From Candidatus Sumerlaeia bacterium (lineage in GTDB: Bacteria; Sumerlaeota; Sumerlaeia; SLMS01; JANRJK01): a DNA stretch of 64,000 nt. The number at the start of each line of letters is the position of its first letter. Within the stretch, counting starts at the first letter, position 1. The notes under the pieces were generated by a model. That model did no database searches. It saw nothing but the letters and a program-made list of their open reading frames with translations, and was not told the DNA's origin. Made by a program: the position numbers and the translations under genes. The DNA lies in assembly GCA_033764015.1 (NCBI GenBank), contig JANRJK010000005.1, positions 17,659 to 81,658 of the forward strand, in the 5' to 3' direction. Shown in pieces: positions 38,401 to 48,141 of the stretch.

Positions 38401-41400
38401 GGACGCACGATGCGGTGCTCGATTTCGAATCTGCCGTGCCCCTCGCGGAGCGACTCCTCGAAGGAATGAGCGACGAAGTCGCGGTCCGCGGGGGGCACCA
38501 GCGCCATGGTGGAATCGTAGGAGGGGGCGAACTCCCCGGGTTCGACCCCGTGGATGCGGTAGGTCTCCTCGGTCCAATCGATCAACCCGGTGGCATGGGT
38601 GAGGGTCCAGCAGCCGAGCCGTGCGATGCGCTGGGCCTCCGTGAGGAGGGTGTCGCGTTCGTGGAGGGCGCGCTCGTAGTCGCTCCGCTCGATCGCTTCG
38701 GCGATGTGCCCCGCGACCGCCTCCAGGAGACCGAACTCCTCGGGCAGGAACGCCTCTCCGCCCTCGAGACCGCGGTCCTCCCGGTACGAGGCGTCCAGGA
38801 CACCGCCGCCCTTGCAGGGGATCGGGACACTCGCGCGCCACGCGGTGTCCTGGAAGCCACCGTTCTCCACCTTGATGCCACCCGCCTCGATATGGACTCC
38901 GGCCGCCTCCGGGAAGCGAAACCCGAGCGGAAGGATGGACGCGACCGCGACGAGCGCCTGCCGCGGATCGGGCTCGCGGCGGAGCGCCTCCGCGCAGGCG
39001 TAGAGGCAGCGGGTCTCCTTCGCGCGCTCCACGAGCGCCAGCTCGGCCCGCTTGCGCGCGTCGATGTCGGTATGGGTTCCCGCCATTCGCAGCGGGGTAC
39101 CGTCCGGGGCGCGCTCGACGACGCGGCCGACCGACAGGATCCAGCGGTAGGTTCCGTCGGCGCAGCGCTGGCGGAACTCGACGGCGTACTCGTGTGTCTT
39201 GCCGTCCACGTAATCCTGGTAGGCGCCCGCGACCACCTCCCGGTCGTCGGGATGGAGCCGCTCGATCCATGCGACGTTCGTTTCGCGGAATTCGGCGGGG
39301 TCGTAGCCAAGCATGGCGGCGTACTCCGGCGAGACGACGGCCTCGCCGGTCGCGATGTCGAGGTCGTAGATGCCCTGCTTTGCCGCGCGGAGCGCGAGCG
39401 CAAGGCGTTCCTCGCTGAGGCGGAGGGCTTCGGCGGCGGCGCGGCGCTCCGTGATGTCGAGGTCGATGCCGCGGTAGGCGACTGCGCGCCCCTCTTCGTC
39501 CCTGACGGGGAAACCCGCGGTGGAAACCCAGCGCGGCGTTCCATCCCGAGACAACATGCAATTCTCGTAGGCGGTGACTTCAAGCGCTTCCCGGAGGGCG
39601 CGCAATCCGGTCTCGCGGACCTCCTCCATGTGCTCCGGAGGGACGAGGTCGTAGAAGGTCTTCTTCCCGACAATCTCCTTCGGGGCGTAGCCGAGAACTT
39701 CGCGGATGCTCGGGCTCACGTAGGAGTAGAGCCCCGTCTTCCCGTCCACCTCCCAGGCGAAGGCGCGGGCGATCGACATCAGCTCCGCGTAGCGAAGGTT
39801 TGATTCGACAAGCGCCTCCTCGGCGAGCTTCCGGGAGGTGATGTCCGAGTGCGTTCCGAACATGAAGAGCGGCTGTCCGTCCGGTGTGCGGCTTACAACC
39901 CGACCATGGTCGCGTACCCAGATCCAGCGGCCGTCGCGGTGGCGCAGGCGGCAGTCGCAGTCGTAGTAGTCAAGCTCCCCGGCGAAATGGCGCCGGAGCA
40001 TTTCGTTGGACTTCGCGAGGTCGTCCGGGTGAGCGAACCGCTGCCATGTCCCGATGGAGACGGGGGAGATCTCCTCGAGCGTGTAGCCGATCATGGCGGC
40101 CCAGCGTTCGTCGAAGACCGTTTCGCCGGTCTGGACGTTCCACTGCCAAGTCGCGGCGTTGGTGGCGAGGAGGACGTTTTCGAGGCGCCCGAGCGCTTCG
40201 GCGCGCGCGCGCTCCGCTTCGTGCCGGTCGGTGATGTCGAAGCAGGTTGCGAGGACGCGCATGGCGCCCCCGAGGCGGACAGCGGTGAGGAATACTTGGT
40301 CCCACCGATACTGGCCGGACTTGTGGCGGAACTTCCACAGGAACGATTCGAGTCCGCTTTGGGCGGCCTTGCGGACGAGTGCGCGCCCCTCTTCGAAACT
40401 GTAGGGTGGCTCGGACCAAAAGGGGCGCTCCAGCAGTTCGCCAAAAGAGTCGAGGCCGTAGAGGCGCCAGGCCGCGGGATTCGCATCGAGGATTTCGCCG
40501 GTGTCGGCATCGTGGATCAGCATCGCGGCAGGCGAGTCGAGGAAGAGCGCTTTGAAGCGCGCCTCGCTTTCCCGCAACGTGGCCTCGCCGCGGCGGCGCT
40601 CCGTGAGGTCGCGGCAGAAGCAGACGATGCGCCCTCCGAACGCATCGACGACCACGACGGAGACCTCGACCGGGAACGTGGAGCCGTCCTTGCGGCGGTG
40701 GATCGATTCGAAGGTCTCGGACCCGGTGGCGATGATCCGATGGAGGCGCTCGACTGTCTCCTCGGGGGTTTCGATCGCGTCTAGACCCGCCGGCGTCATG
40801 CCGACGAGTTCCGCGCGGGAGTAGCCCGACATGCGGCAGTAGGCGTCGTTTACCTCGACCATCCGGCCATCGAAGTCGAGGGTCCAGAAACCATCCGGTG
40901 TGTTGCTGAGGATCGTGCGGAGGTACGCTTCGTCGTCGCGCTGGGCCCTCCGCGAGGCGATGCGCTGCAGGCCGGAGGAGAGCTCGCGGGCGAGTTCCTG
41001 GAACAGGAAGCGCTCGTCCTCGTCGGCGACGATGGCACCCGGGACCGACGCCGCTAGGACGCCGTAGCAATGGCCCTGGTACACGAGCGGGCACGTGAAG
41101 GAGACGTGCCCGGCGCCGTCGCACCGCAGGGGGCACTCCGGGCACTGCCCGCCCCCGCTGGAGACGACGACCGCGCCGGTGGAGATCGACTCCCGGGCGC
41201 AACGTGGGAGCCGTCCCGCGAGCACCGGTAGGCCAAGGGCTTCCCGTTCCGCCTCGCCGAGTCCAAAATCCGCGAACCCCTCGCAGGGGTAGCCGCCCGG
41301 GCAGCCCACCGTCTTGGCCACCTCCGGTCCCAGCAGCGCGGCCCAACTGCAGTGGTATCCGAGCACCTCGACCATGGCGCGGCAGATGTCGCCGGCAAGC

Positions 41401-41534
41401 GCCAGTGGGTCGTCACGGTCGAAGGACAGGTCGCGGATGCGGCGCAGGACGTCGAGCGCGCGGCGCACACCGCGGGCCTCCACGGGTCCGAAGCCACGTC
41501 CATCGCCTGCCGCTGGAACCCCATCGTGGGCCAT
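35415..41534 (-). CDS. giant GAF/multi-PAS hybrid sensor histidine kinase with C-terminal receiver
   Basis: Repeated PAS/PAC units (HPDD, DITER), MSHELRTPLN, NLLSNAIKFT, GGTGLGL, REC (MDVQMP, SKP); start 41534 or 41618. Confidence 0.9.
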   Translation of the reverse strand: MAHDGVPAAGDGRGFGPVEARGVRRALDVLRRIRDLSFDRDDPLALAGDICRAMVEVLGYHCSWAALLGPEVAKTVGCPGGYPCEGFADFGLGEAEREALGLPVLAGRLPRCARESISTGAVVVSSGGGQCPECPLRCDGAGHVSFTCPLVYQGHCYGVLAASVPGAIVADEDERFLFQELARELSSGLQRIASRRAQRDDEAYLRTILSNTPDGFWTLDFDGRMVEVNDAYCRMSGYSRAELVGMTPAGLDAIETPEETVERLHRIIATGSETFESIHRRKDGSTFPVEVSVVVVDAFGGRIVCFCRDLTERRRGEATLRESEARFKALFLDSPAAMLIHDADTGEILDANPAAWRLYGLDSFGELLERPFWSEPPYSFEEGRALVRKAAQSGLESFLWKFRHKSGQYRWDQVFLTAVRLGGAMRVLATCFDITDRHEAERARAEALGRLENVLLATNAATWQWNVQTGETVFDERWAAMIGYTLEEISPVSIGTWQRFAHPDDLAKSNEMLRRHFAGELDYYDCDCRLRHRDGRWIWVRDHGRVVSRTPDGQPLFMFGTHSDITSRKLAEEALVESNLRYAELMSIARAFAWEVDGKTGLYSYVSPSIREVLGYAPKEIVGKKTFYDLVPPEHMEEVRETGLRALREALEVTAYENCMLSRDGTPRWVSTAGFPVRDEEGRAVAYRGIDLDITERRAAAEALRLSEERLALALRAAKQGIYDLDIATGEAVVSPEYAAMLGYDPAEFRETNVAWIERLHPDDREVVAGAYQDYVDGKTHEYAVEFRQRCADGTYRWILSVGRVVERAPDGTPLRMAGTHTDIDARKRAELALVERAKETRCLYACAEALRREPDPRQALVAVASILPLGFRFPEAAGVHIEAGGIKVENGGFQDTAWRASVPIPCKGGGVLDASYREDRGLEGGEAFLPEEFGLLEAVAGHIAEAIERSDYERALHERDTLLTEAQRIARLGCWTLTHATGLIDWTEETYRIHGVEPGEFAPSYDSTMALVPPADRDFVAHSFEESLREGHGRFEIEHRIVRPDSGEVRHVFERCVHERAPDGTPLRSVGVVQDITELREAATALRRDAELRTILMEIAERLVNTPSEDGGGVLRDALRRLGEFVGAERAYLATRDRPSVGGRTALEWLAPGAEAVVGALDPAHIDEVCACVADAARQERSPVVRRGSDAAIPCSCVLSGRHGAESLAMPLLAGEEAVGFAGFEWPSSSPRARTGSQLLAVFGNLAVGFLLRRAAEEENRLLAATVQQAAFAIMRTDTDRRVTWANPAQEALSGFPLEEMLGKDPGKVLQGAGTDPGVRKHISEQLARLEPVSAEILNYRRNGSPYWIELTITPFRDGRGRHTGFAGFARDITARLDAQRALAEAKERLAALNADLEARVEARTIEVSRQAAALENSLEAIAIYAAGIRIYRNPTHIRLFGDFPADRGWRELFDEQTGRMIPAEKSHASGWMGDGTAVRADGTTFDAEIDVSRLPDGATVVVTRDITARREAERRVQLLSRQLEMALEAGHIGVWSYDISNGGIHWDDRMFDLYGIPRGRRPVSIEAWRAMVGDAIADEVERKSRESMAGDGEFRTSFSFCTPDGATRVLQTRALYLPGESGGPGRFVGINFDVTELVEREKRLEEANRQLAEATRQKDEFLANMSHELRTPLNAILGMGESLGMGVYGPLEERQKGALRRIEESGRHLLLLINDLLDLAKIEAGKVTLACERVNVPEACLSAARLMDEHAASRGVELRTRLDPKAASVVVDPRRLRQVLFNLLSNAIKFTAEGGWVEVQTAADEERGMMSISVADSGEGISLEEQARLFKPFTQLESTMTKRHGGTGLGLSIVKRLVEMHGGRVSLDSEPGRGSRFTVSFPWAPSREEAAKDGGPVPEPPSERVRSRRGHILVAEDNPANIAVVCDFLSAKGHKITVAHDGAEALAHARETSFDLILMDVQMPVMDGFEATRAIRRLPGHAKTPIIALTSFAMPGDRERCLAAGMDDYMSKPISVRALAVMIKAHLARTSPTDPGT

Positions 41535-41768
41535 CTCAAACCGCTCCCGGGACAGGTCGGCGCCGATGAGAAAGGTGCTGGGGGGCAAAGCTCCTATCCA
41601 TGATATTTTGTTTAGCATTGAATCGCCGCCTTGAGCAACCCGAATCGGTGCGCGGCGGTCGGGGCGGGGCGGAACACGGGGACTGCCCGCCTTGACCCGG
41701 ACGGGGGCAGGGAGCGCAACTACGCGGAGGCGGCAACCGCCGCCCAACCCCAGCGGGACGCACCAACC

Positions 41769-43286
41769 ATGGCCCAGACGCTCGATGTCCAGGATGTCCG
41801 CGACCGGATCGCGCGGGAGCTCGACACGGTCCGCGCGCAGTACCTGGCGGACACCGCGCAACTGCTCCGCTTCAAGACCGTCTCCGGCGGCAACGCCGAG
41901 GAGGAGGCGGACTACCAGCGGAACATCCCGCTGTGCCTCGACTGGCTGGCGGAGCTGTCGGTGCGCATGGGCTTCGCGTGGCGGCGCTTCGAGAACCGCG
42001 CGGCGGAGATCGCCTGGGAGTCCCCGGCGCCCGGCCGCAAGACCGTGGGCATCGCCGCGCACATCGACGTCGTCACCGCGCAGGGCTCCTGGAAGCACGC
42101 GCCGTTCTCGGCGACGACGGACGGCGGCGTGCTGTACGCGCGCGGGACGCAGGACGACAAGGGGCCGCTGATGGCGTCGCTGTACGGCATGTACGCCGCG
42201 AAGCGCGCCGGCATCGAGCCCGCCGTCGATGTGCGGCTCATCATCGGCACCTGCGAGGAGACCGGGGACTGGGACGACATCGCCTTCTACCTGGCGCAGC
42301 GCGGCGCGCCCGACATGGGCTTCACGCCCGACGCGACCTTTCCCATCACGAACGGCGAGAAGGGGATGCTGAACCTCCTCTTCGAGGCCTCCTGGGACGA
42401 TGCCGGCGAGGACGCCGAAACCGGACTCCGGTTCGAGGCTATCGAGGGCGGCGCGCGGACGAACATCGTGCCGGAGCGCTGCGAAGCGCGCTTCAGCTAC
42501 CCGGGCGGCAGCCGGTCGGCGGTCACGCGGGAGCTCATGCGCTCAACCACTGAATTCACGGTCCAGAACAAGGGCGCGAACATCACGCTGCTGCCGGAGG
42601 ACGGCCCCGAGGGCGCGGCCGGCTCGATCACGGCGACGTTCCTGGGCAAGGCGGCGCACTCGTCGCTCCCGCACCTCGGGCACAACGCGATCCTGGACGC
42701 GCTTTCGTTCTTCTCGGACGTCTCCACGCTGCCCGCCGGCGTGCGGGCCTTCGTCCAGTTCCTCCTCCTTGTGGGCAAGGAGGCGGACGGCGCGAACCTG
42801 ATGATCGCGGAGGAGCACCCCTTCATCGGGCGCACCACGGTGAACCTCGGCATCGTGAAGATCGGGCCGACGGGCGGTAAGGGGTACCTGAACATCCGGC
42901 CGACGCTCGGGGTCACGGTGGACCGCGCGACGGAGAACGCGAAGGAGGCGGCGGCGGCGTTCGGGGACGCCACGGGCCTGCAGGTGTCGGTGAAGCGCCA
43001 CGGCAAGGCGCTGGACGCGATCCACCTGGATCCGGAGGAGCCGTCGGTCGCGCCGTTCATCGCGGCGCTGCAGCAGAGCTACACCGCGGTTACGGGGCGC
43101 GAGGCGTCGCTCTGCGCGATCGGCGGGACGACCTACGCCAAGGCGTTCCCCTCCTTCTGCGCGTTCGGCCCGGTGGACACGAACGACGAGCAGGAGCTGG
43201 CGCACCAGGCGGACGAGCGTGTTTCGGTGGACGCGCTGATGCGGAACGCCACGATCTACGGCACGTCGATCGCCCTCATGCGCTAG
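41769..43286 (+). CDS. pepV: M20 family dipeptidase (PepV/Sapep-like)
   Basis: AHIDVV, RGTQDDKGP, GTCEETG, NGEKG, GGTTYAK, AHQADE. Confidence 0.85.
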   Translation: MAQTLDVQDVRDRIARELDTVRAQYLADTAQLLRFKTVSGGNAEEEADYQRNIPLCLDWLAELSVRMGFAWRRFENRAAEIAWESPAPGRKTVGIAAHIDVVTAQGSWKHAPFSATTDGGVLYARGTQDDKGPLMASLYGMYAAKRAGIEPAVDVRLIIGTCEETGDWDDIAFYLAQRGAPDMGFTPDATFPITNGEKGMLNLLFEASWDDAGEDAETGLRFEAIEGGARTNIVPERCEARFSYPGGSRSAVTRELMRSTTEFTVQNKGANITLLPEDGPEGAAGSITATFLGKAAHSSLPHLGHNAILDALSFFSDVSTLPAGVRAFVQFLLLVGKEADGANLMIAEEHPFIGRTTVNLGIVKIGPTGGKGYLNIRPTLGVTVDRATENAKEAAAAFGDATGLQVSVKRHGKALDAIHLDPEEPSVAPFIAALQQSYTAVTGREASLCAIGGTTYAKAFPSFCAFGPVDTNDEQELAHQADERVSVDALMRNATIYGTSIALMR

Positions 43287-43306
43287 GCCGCGAAGGAGCG
43301 GGAACG

Positions 43307-43603
43307 ATGGAAACGCTGCAGGTGAAGTGCCCCGATTGCGACGCGGTGCTGATCGTGGACCGCAAGAGCGGGAAGGTGCTCGAGGTGCGCCGCCCCATCG
43401 TGGAGAACCCGAGCGGCGACCGGTTCGAGGACGCGCACCAGCGCGTCCTCGGCTCCAAGGACCGGGCGGAGCAGAAGTTCGAGGAGGCGAAGGCGAAGCA
43501 GAAGACGCGCATGTCGGAGCTGGACAAGCTCTTCAAGGCGCGCGCGGAGGAGTTGAAGGACCAGCCCATCGAGCGCCCCGACGGCCTCTTCGACCGCGAC
43601 TGA
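43307..43603 (+). CDS. small hypothetical protein, N-terminal CPDC zinc-ribbon-like plus coiled coil
   Basis: AAGGAG RBS; VKCPDCDAVLIVD. Confidence 0.7.
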   Translation: METLQVKCPDCDAVLIVDRKSGKVLEVRRPIVENPSGDRFEDAHQRVLGSKDRAEQKFEEAKAKQKTRMSELDKLFKARAEELKDQPIERPDGLFDRD

Positions 43604-43608
43604 CGACG

Positions 43609-44331
43609 ATGGCAGCGAAGCGCGCCGCGAAGCCCTCCCCCGCCGCCCCCGGGCCGCTGGAACCGTGCCCCGACTGCAACGGTAGCGGGTACCTGATCGA
43701 CGGCATGGACGCGGTGCGGTGCCCCTGCGGGACCGCGTTGGGCGAAGAGACGCGGCGGCGGCTGGCGGCGGCGGAGATCCCGGCCCGGTACCGCGACAAG
43801 TCGTTCGGGAACTTCCGCGCCGCGTCGCCCGCGCACCGCGCCGTGCGCGACACGGCGATGTCCTGGGCGGAGAGCTACCACCCGGTGGAGTCGCAGGGGC
43901 TGATCCTGAAGGGGGGGACGGGCTGCGGGAAGACGCACCTCGCGCTGGCGATCCTCCGCGTCGTGGTCGAGCACGGCCACACGGGGTTGTACGTGAACTT
44001 CAGCGACCTGCTCACACGGCTGCGGGAGACCTACGGCGACGCGAGCGCGGAGACGGAGGCGGAGGTGCTCGGCAAGGTGAACACCCCCGAGCTGGTAGTC
44101 CTAGACGACCTCGGGGCGGAGAACACGACCGACTGGGTGCGCGACCGCCTGTACCTGATCATCAACCGGCGCTACGAGAGCCAGCGCTCCGTGGTGCTGA
44201 CGACGAACTGCACGATCGCGGAGCTGGACCAGCGGCTGGGCAAGCGCACGGTGTCGCGGCTGTTCGAGATGTGCCCGTTCCAGTTCCCCGACTTCCCGGA
44301 GGGCGACTGGCGCCGGGCGAACATGAAGTAG
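43609..44331 (+). CDS. DnaC/IstB-like AAA+ ATPase with N-terminal zinc finger
   Basis: CPDC.G.G...CPC, IPARY, GGTGCGKTHL, LVVLDDLG, IINRRY, TTN, SRL.EM. Confidence 0.88.
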   Translation: MAAKRAAKPSPAAPGPLEPCPDCNGSGYLIDGMDAVRCPCGTALGEETRRRLAAAEIPARYRDKSFGNFRAASPAHRAVRDTAMSWAESYHPVESQGLILKGGTGCGKTHLALAILRVVVEHGHTGLYVNFSDLLTRLRETYGDASAETEAEVLGKVNTPELVVLDDLGAENTTDWVRDRLYLIINRRYESQRSVVLTTNCTIAELDQRLGKRTVSRLFEMCPFQFPDFPEGDWRRANMK

Positions 44332-44434
44332 CATCCGCCCCGGGCTTGACAGTGGCGCGCCCCCCGGCGCTGGATAGAGGCCGCCGGGGCACCATCCGGC
44401 ATCGCAACCCAATCGGCCCGGCGGAGCGGCACCC

Positions 44435-45664
44435 ATGGCTGAATACTACTACGAAGCGCTCGACAAGGGCGGCAAACAGGTCCGCGGCACCATCGACGCG
44501 GCGAACGACGAGGTGATCGTCGAGCGCCTGCGCGGCATGGGCTACTACCCGCTGAAGGTCGTGATGAACAAGAAGGGCGCGGGCGACTTCGACCTGCTGG
44601 CGCTCCCCGGCCTGCGCATCATCTTCCACCGCGTGAAGGCGAAGCACCTCATGGCGTTCACGCGCCAGCTCGCCACGCTGATCGACGCCGGCCTGCCGAT
44701 CATCCGCTCGCTGGCGATCCTCACGGAGCAGGTGGAATCGGTCGTCTTCAAAGAGAAGATCCGCACCATCGCGAAGGACATCGAGGGCGGCTCGTCGCTC
44801 TCGGAGGCGCTCGCGAAGCACAAGAAAGTGTTCGATCCGCTTTACGTGAACATGGTCCGCGCGGGCGAGATCGGCGGTGTGCTCGAGGCGGTGCTGAACA
44901 AGATCGCCGAGTTCCTCGAGAAGCGCGCCGCGCTGATCGGCAAGGTGAAGTCCGCGATGATGTACCCGGTCGTCGTAGCGATGCTCGCCATCGGCATCGT
45001 GAGCTTCATCCTCATCAAGATCGTGCCGAAATTCACCGACATCTTCGTGCAGATGGGCGCCGAGCTGCCATGGCTGACGCAGCAACTGGTGATCGGGTCG
45101 AACATCCTGCTGCACGACACCTGGAAGATCTTCGTCGCGGTGGCCGTGATCTGGTTCATCTACTCGAAGCTGAACAACACGCGGGAAGGGAAGCACGTCT
45201 TCGACCGCATCAAGCTGAAGCTGCCGGTGTTCGGAATCCTGCTGCTGAAGGTGGCGATCGTGCGCTTCGCGGGGACGCTGGCGACGCTGATCCAGTCGGG
45301 CGTGCCGATCCTCCAAGCGCTCGACATCGTGCGCGACACGTCGGGCAACGAGGTGGTGGCCCGCGCGATGGACAAGGTCTACAACTCGGTGAAGGACGGC
45401 GAATCGATCCACGAGCCGTTGAAGGAATGCGGCGTGTTCCCCCCCATCGTGTACCACATGGTCGCGGTCGGCGAGGAAACCGGCGCCATCGACCAGATGC
45501 TAAACAAGGTCGCCGAGGCGTACGAGCGCGAGGTGAACGACACCGTGAACGCGCTGACCTCGATCCTCGAGCCGATCCTGATCGTGTTCCTGGGCATCAT
45601 CGTGGGAACGATCGTGATCGCGCTCTACCTGCCGCTGTTCAAGCTCCCGGGCATGATCAAGTAA
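44435..45664 (+). CDS. pilC: type IV pilus/T2SS inner-membrane platform protein (PilC/GspF)
   Basis: FTRQLATLIDAGLP, AGEIGG.L, AMMYP, GEETG, LEP, LYLPLF. Confidence 0.92.
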   Translation: MAEYYYEALDKGGKQVRGTIDAANDEVIVERLRGMGYYPLKVVMNKKGAGDFDLLALPGLRIIFHRVKAKHLMAFTRQLATLIDAGLPIIRSLAILTEQVESVVFKEKIRTIAKDIEGGSSLSEALAKHKKVFDPLYVNMVRAGEIGGVLEAVLNKIAEFLEKRAALIGKVKSAMMYPVVVAMLAIGIVSFILIKIVPKFTDIFVQMGAELPWLTQQLVIGSNILLHDTWKIFVAVAVIWFIYSKLNNTREGKHVFDRIKLKLPVFGILLLKVAIVRFAGTLATLIQSGVPILQALDIVRDTSGNEVVARAMDKVYNSVKDGESIHEPLKECGVFPPIVYHMVAVGEETGAIDQMLNKVAEAYEREVNDTVNALTSILEPILIVFLGIIVGTIVIALYLPLFKLPGMIK

Positions 45665-45687
45665 GTCGCCCGGGCCGCACCGAGTCC

Positions 45688-45726
45688 GCCGCCCGCCGGG
45701 ACCGCTCCCGGCGGGCGGCTCCTTTT
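45688..45726 (+). terminator. rho-independent terminator after pilC
   Basis: 14-bp stem gccgcccgccggga/tcccggcgggcggc plus TCCTTTT. Confidence 0.75.
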
Positions 45727-45802
45727 CCGGCGCCTTCCCGTTGACGGCCCGCGCCGCCACCGCCGCCATAGCATTCCGCAACTCGACACGGAACCCGACG
45801 CC

Positions 45803-47146
45803 ATGAAGCACTACGCGATCATCACCTACGGCTGCCAGATGAACGACCACGACTCGGAGCTGATGGAAGGGCTCCTGTCGCGCATGGGGATGAGCCGCTG
45901 CGAGAGCGAGCGCGAAGCCGACGTGGCGGTGTTCAACACCTGCTGCGTGCGCGAGGGGGCGGAGACGCGGGCGCTGGCGCGGGCGCAGGCGCTCGTGTCG
46001 AGCAAGCGCGAGCGCCCCGACATGGTGATCGCCATCGCGGGCTGCGTCGCGCAGGAGAAGGGCGAGCGCCTGCTGGAGCTGCTGCCGCACGTGGACCTCG
46101 TCGTCGGGACGCGGGACTATCCGCGGCTGCCGGAGCTGGTCGAGCGCGTGCGCGCGTCCGGCGAGCGGCTGGTCGCGATCGACTCCATCGACAACCCGCT
46201 GACGGTGCAGTCGCCCGCCGTGCGGCGCTCGGCGCTCCGCGCCAACGTGAACATCATGTACGGCTGCAATAACTCCTGCACGTTCTGCATCGTGCCCAAG
46301 ACGCGCGGCCCCGAGTGGAGCCGTCCGCTGGCGCAGATCGTCGCCGAGGTGCGCGCCCTCGTGGCGGACGGCTGCCGCGAGGCGCTGCTGCTGGGGCAGA
46401 ACGTGAACAGCTACCGCGACCCGGAGCAGCACGACTTCGCGGACCTGCTCCACGCGCTGGACGAGGTGGAGGGGCTGTGGCGCATCCGCTACACATCGCC
46501 CAATCCGAAGGACGCGCGCGACCGCCACATCAGCGCCATCGCCGCGTGCCCGAAGGTGATGGAGAGCCTGCACCTCCCGGTGCAGTCGGGCAGCGACCGC
46601 GTGCTGCGCGAGATGAAGCGGAGCTACAACACGAAGCGCTTCCGCCAGATCGTCGAGCGCTACCGCGCGGAGAACCCGGTGTGCGCGCTCACGACGGACG
46701 TGATCGTGGGGTTCCCGACGGAGACGGAGGAGGACTTCCAGGCGACCATGGCGCTGTTCGAGGAGGTGCGGTTCGACTCGGCGTACATGTTCCACTACTC
46801 GCCGCGCCCGGGGACGGCGAGCGCGGAGACGCTGCGGGACGACGTGCCGCACCATGTGAAGCTCGAGCGGCTGCGGCGGTTGATCGACCGCCAGAACGCG
46901 ATCGGCGAGGAAATCAACCAGGGCGAGGTGGGGCGCGTGCACGAGGTGCTGGTCGAGGGCCCCTCGCGGCTGGGCGGCGGGCAGCTCGCCGGGCGCACGC
47001 GCACGGACAAGACGGTGGTCTTCGACGGGCCGGAGCGGCTGGCGGGTACGCTGACGCCGGTGCGGATCGTGCGCGCGGCGCCGTTCACGCTGTTCGGCGA
47101 GGCGGCGACGCGGGAACCGGCGGAGCTGGCCGGCGCATGGAGCTGA
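45803..47146 (+). CDS. miaB: tRNA-2-methylthio-N6-dimethylallyladenosine synthase
   Basis: TYGCQMN.HDSE, GCNNSCTFCIVP, HLPVQSGS and TRAM domain. Confidence 0.95.
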   Translation: MKHYAIITYGCQMNDHDSELMEGLLSRMGMSRCESEREADVAVFNTCCVREGAETRALARAQALVSSKRERPDMVIAIAGCVAQEKGERLLELLPHVDLVVGTRDYPRLPELVERVRASGERLVAIDSIDNPLTVQSPAVRRSALRANVNIMYGCNNSCTFCIVPKTRGPEWSRPLAQIVAEVRALVADGCREALLLGQNVNSYRDPEQHDFADLLHALDEVEGLWRIRYTSPNPKDARDRHISAIAACPKVMESLHLPVQSGSDRVLREMKRSYNTKRFRQIVERYRAENPVCALTTDVIVGFPTETEEDFQATMALFEEVRFDSAYMFHYSPRPGTASAETLRDDVPHHVKLERLRRLIDRQNAIGEEINQGEVGRVHEVLVEGPSRLGGGQLAGRTRTDKTVVFDGPERLAGTLTPVRIVRAAPFTLFGEAATREPAELAGAWS

Positions 47147-48141
47147 CCCCCCCGGCGGGGCTCGCCGCCTACGCCGACGACACCGCCGCCCGCTGCGAGC
47201 CGCGCGATCTCGCGCGCGCGGCGGAGGCGCTCTCGAAGGCGTACCGGGACGGCGGGGATTCGCGCCGCGCGATGCGCACGGCGGAGGGCCGGGCTGCGTA
47301 CCTGCAGACGCGCCTCCCGGCGACCTGGGCCGCGGCGAGGGCCGCATTCACCGCCGCGGCGGAGGCGCTCCCCCGCTTCCAGCCGTCCTCGATGCTCGAC
47401 CTCTGCTGCGGGCCCGGCACCGCGGCGTGGGCGGCCACGGAGGTGTGGCCGTCGCTTGACTTAGTCAACGGGTTCGACCGCGACCGGGAGCTGCTGGACC
47501 ACGCGCGCGAGGCCGCCCGCCACGCGGAGCACCCCTCGCTGGCCCGGGCCACGTGGCGCGCCGCGGACGTGGAGCGCGAGCTTCCGCCCGCGGAGGCGGA
47601 CCTGGTCTCGGTGTGCTACGGATTGAACGAGCTGGATCCGCGGCGGCGCGGGGCGTTCCTGCGCGCGGCATGGGAGCGGACGCTCGGCGCGCTGGTGCTG
47701 GTCGAACCGGGCACGCCGGAGGGCTTCGCGAACATCCTCGCCGCGCGGCGGGCGCTGCTGCGGGACGGCGCGCAGGTGGCCGCGCCCTGCCCGCACGGCG
47801 GCGACTGCCCGCTGGAGGATAGCGGCGAGTGGTGCCACTTCGCGCAGCGCGTCCGCCGCTCGCGCCGCACGCGCGACCTGAAGGGCGGCAGCCTCGCCTA
47901 CGAGGACGAGAAGTTCTCCTACCTGGTGGCGACGCGGCTTCCGGTGGAGCCGCGGCCTGCGCGCATCCTGTCCGCGCCGAGGGAGTCGAAGGTGGAGGCG
48001 CGGCTCGACCTCTGCACGCCGGAGGGCGGGCGGGAGGCGCTGACGGTGCCGCGCGCGTCGGAGCGCTTCCGCGAGGCGCGCAAGACGGAGTGGGGCGGCG
48101 TGTGGCCCCGGGAGGCCGCGGCGGAGGAGCCTACTCCTTAG
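47137..48141 (+). CDS. Rsm22-family SAM-dependent methyltransferase
   Basis: LDLCCGPGTA, VEPGTPEGF, APCPH..DCP...WCHF, EDEKFSY. Confidence 0.88.
   Translation: MELTPPAGLAAYADDTAARCEPRDLARAAEALSKAYRDGGDSRRAMRTAEGRAAYLQTRLPATWAAARAAFTAAAEALPRFQPSSMLDLCCGPGTAAWAATEVWPSLDLVNGFDRDRELLDHAREAARHAEHPSLARATWRAADVERELPPAEADLVSVCYGLNELDPRRRGAFLRAAWERTLGALVLVEPGTPEGFANILAARRALLRDGAQVAAPCPHGGDCPLEDSGEWCHFAQRVRRSRRTRDLKGGSLAYEDEKFSYLVATRLPVEPRPARILSAPRESKVEARLDLCTPEGGREALTVPRASERFREARKTEWGGVWPREAAAEEPTP

Noticed and set aside
43609..44331. IS21 element or prophage around the IstB/DnaC-like gene
   Set aside because: No istA, terminal repeats or phage genes nearby
46315..47136. Long N-terminal extensions on Rsm22 (similarly rarA, HD-GYP, SPFH, DnaC-like, the kinase and mce)
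   Set aside because: Artefacts of taking the first start codon; homology begins at downstream starts with an RBS or stop-start overlap
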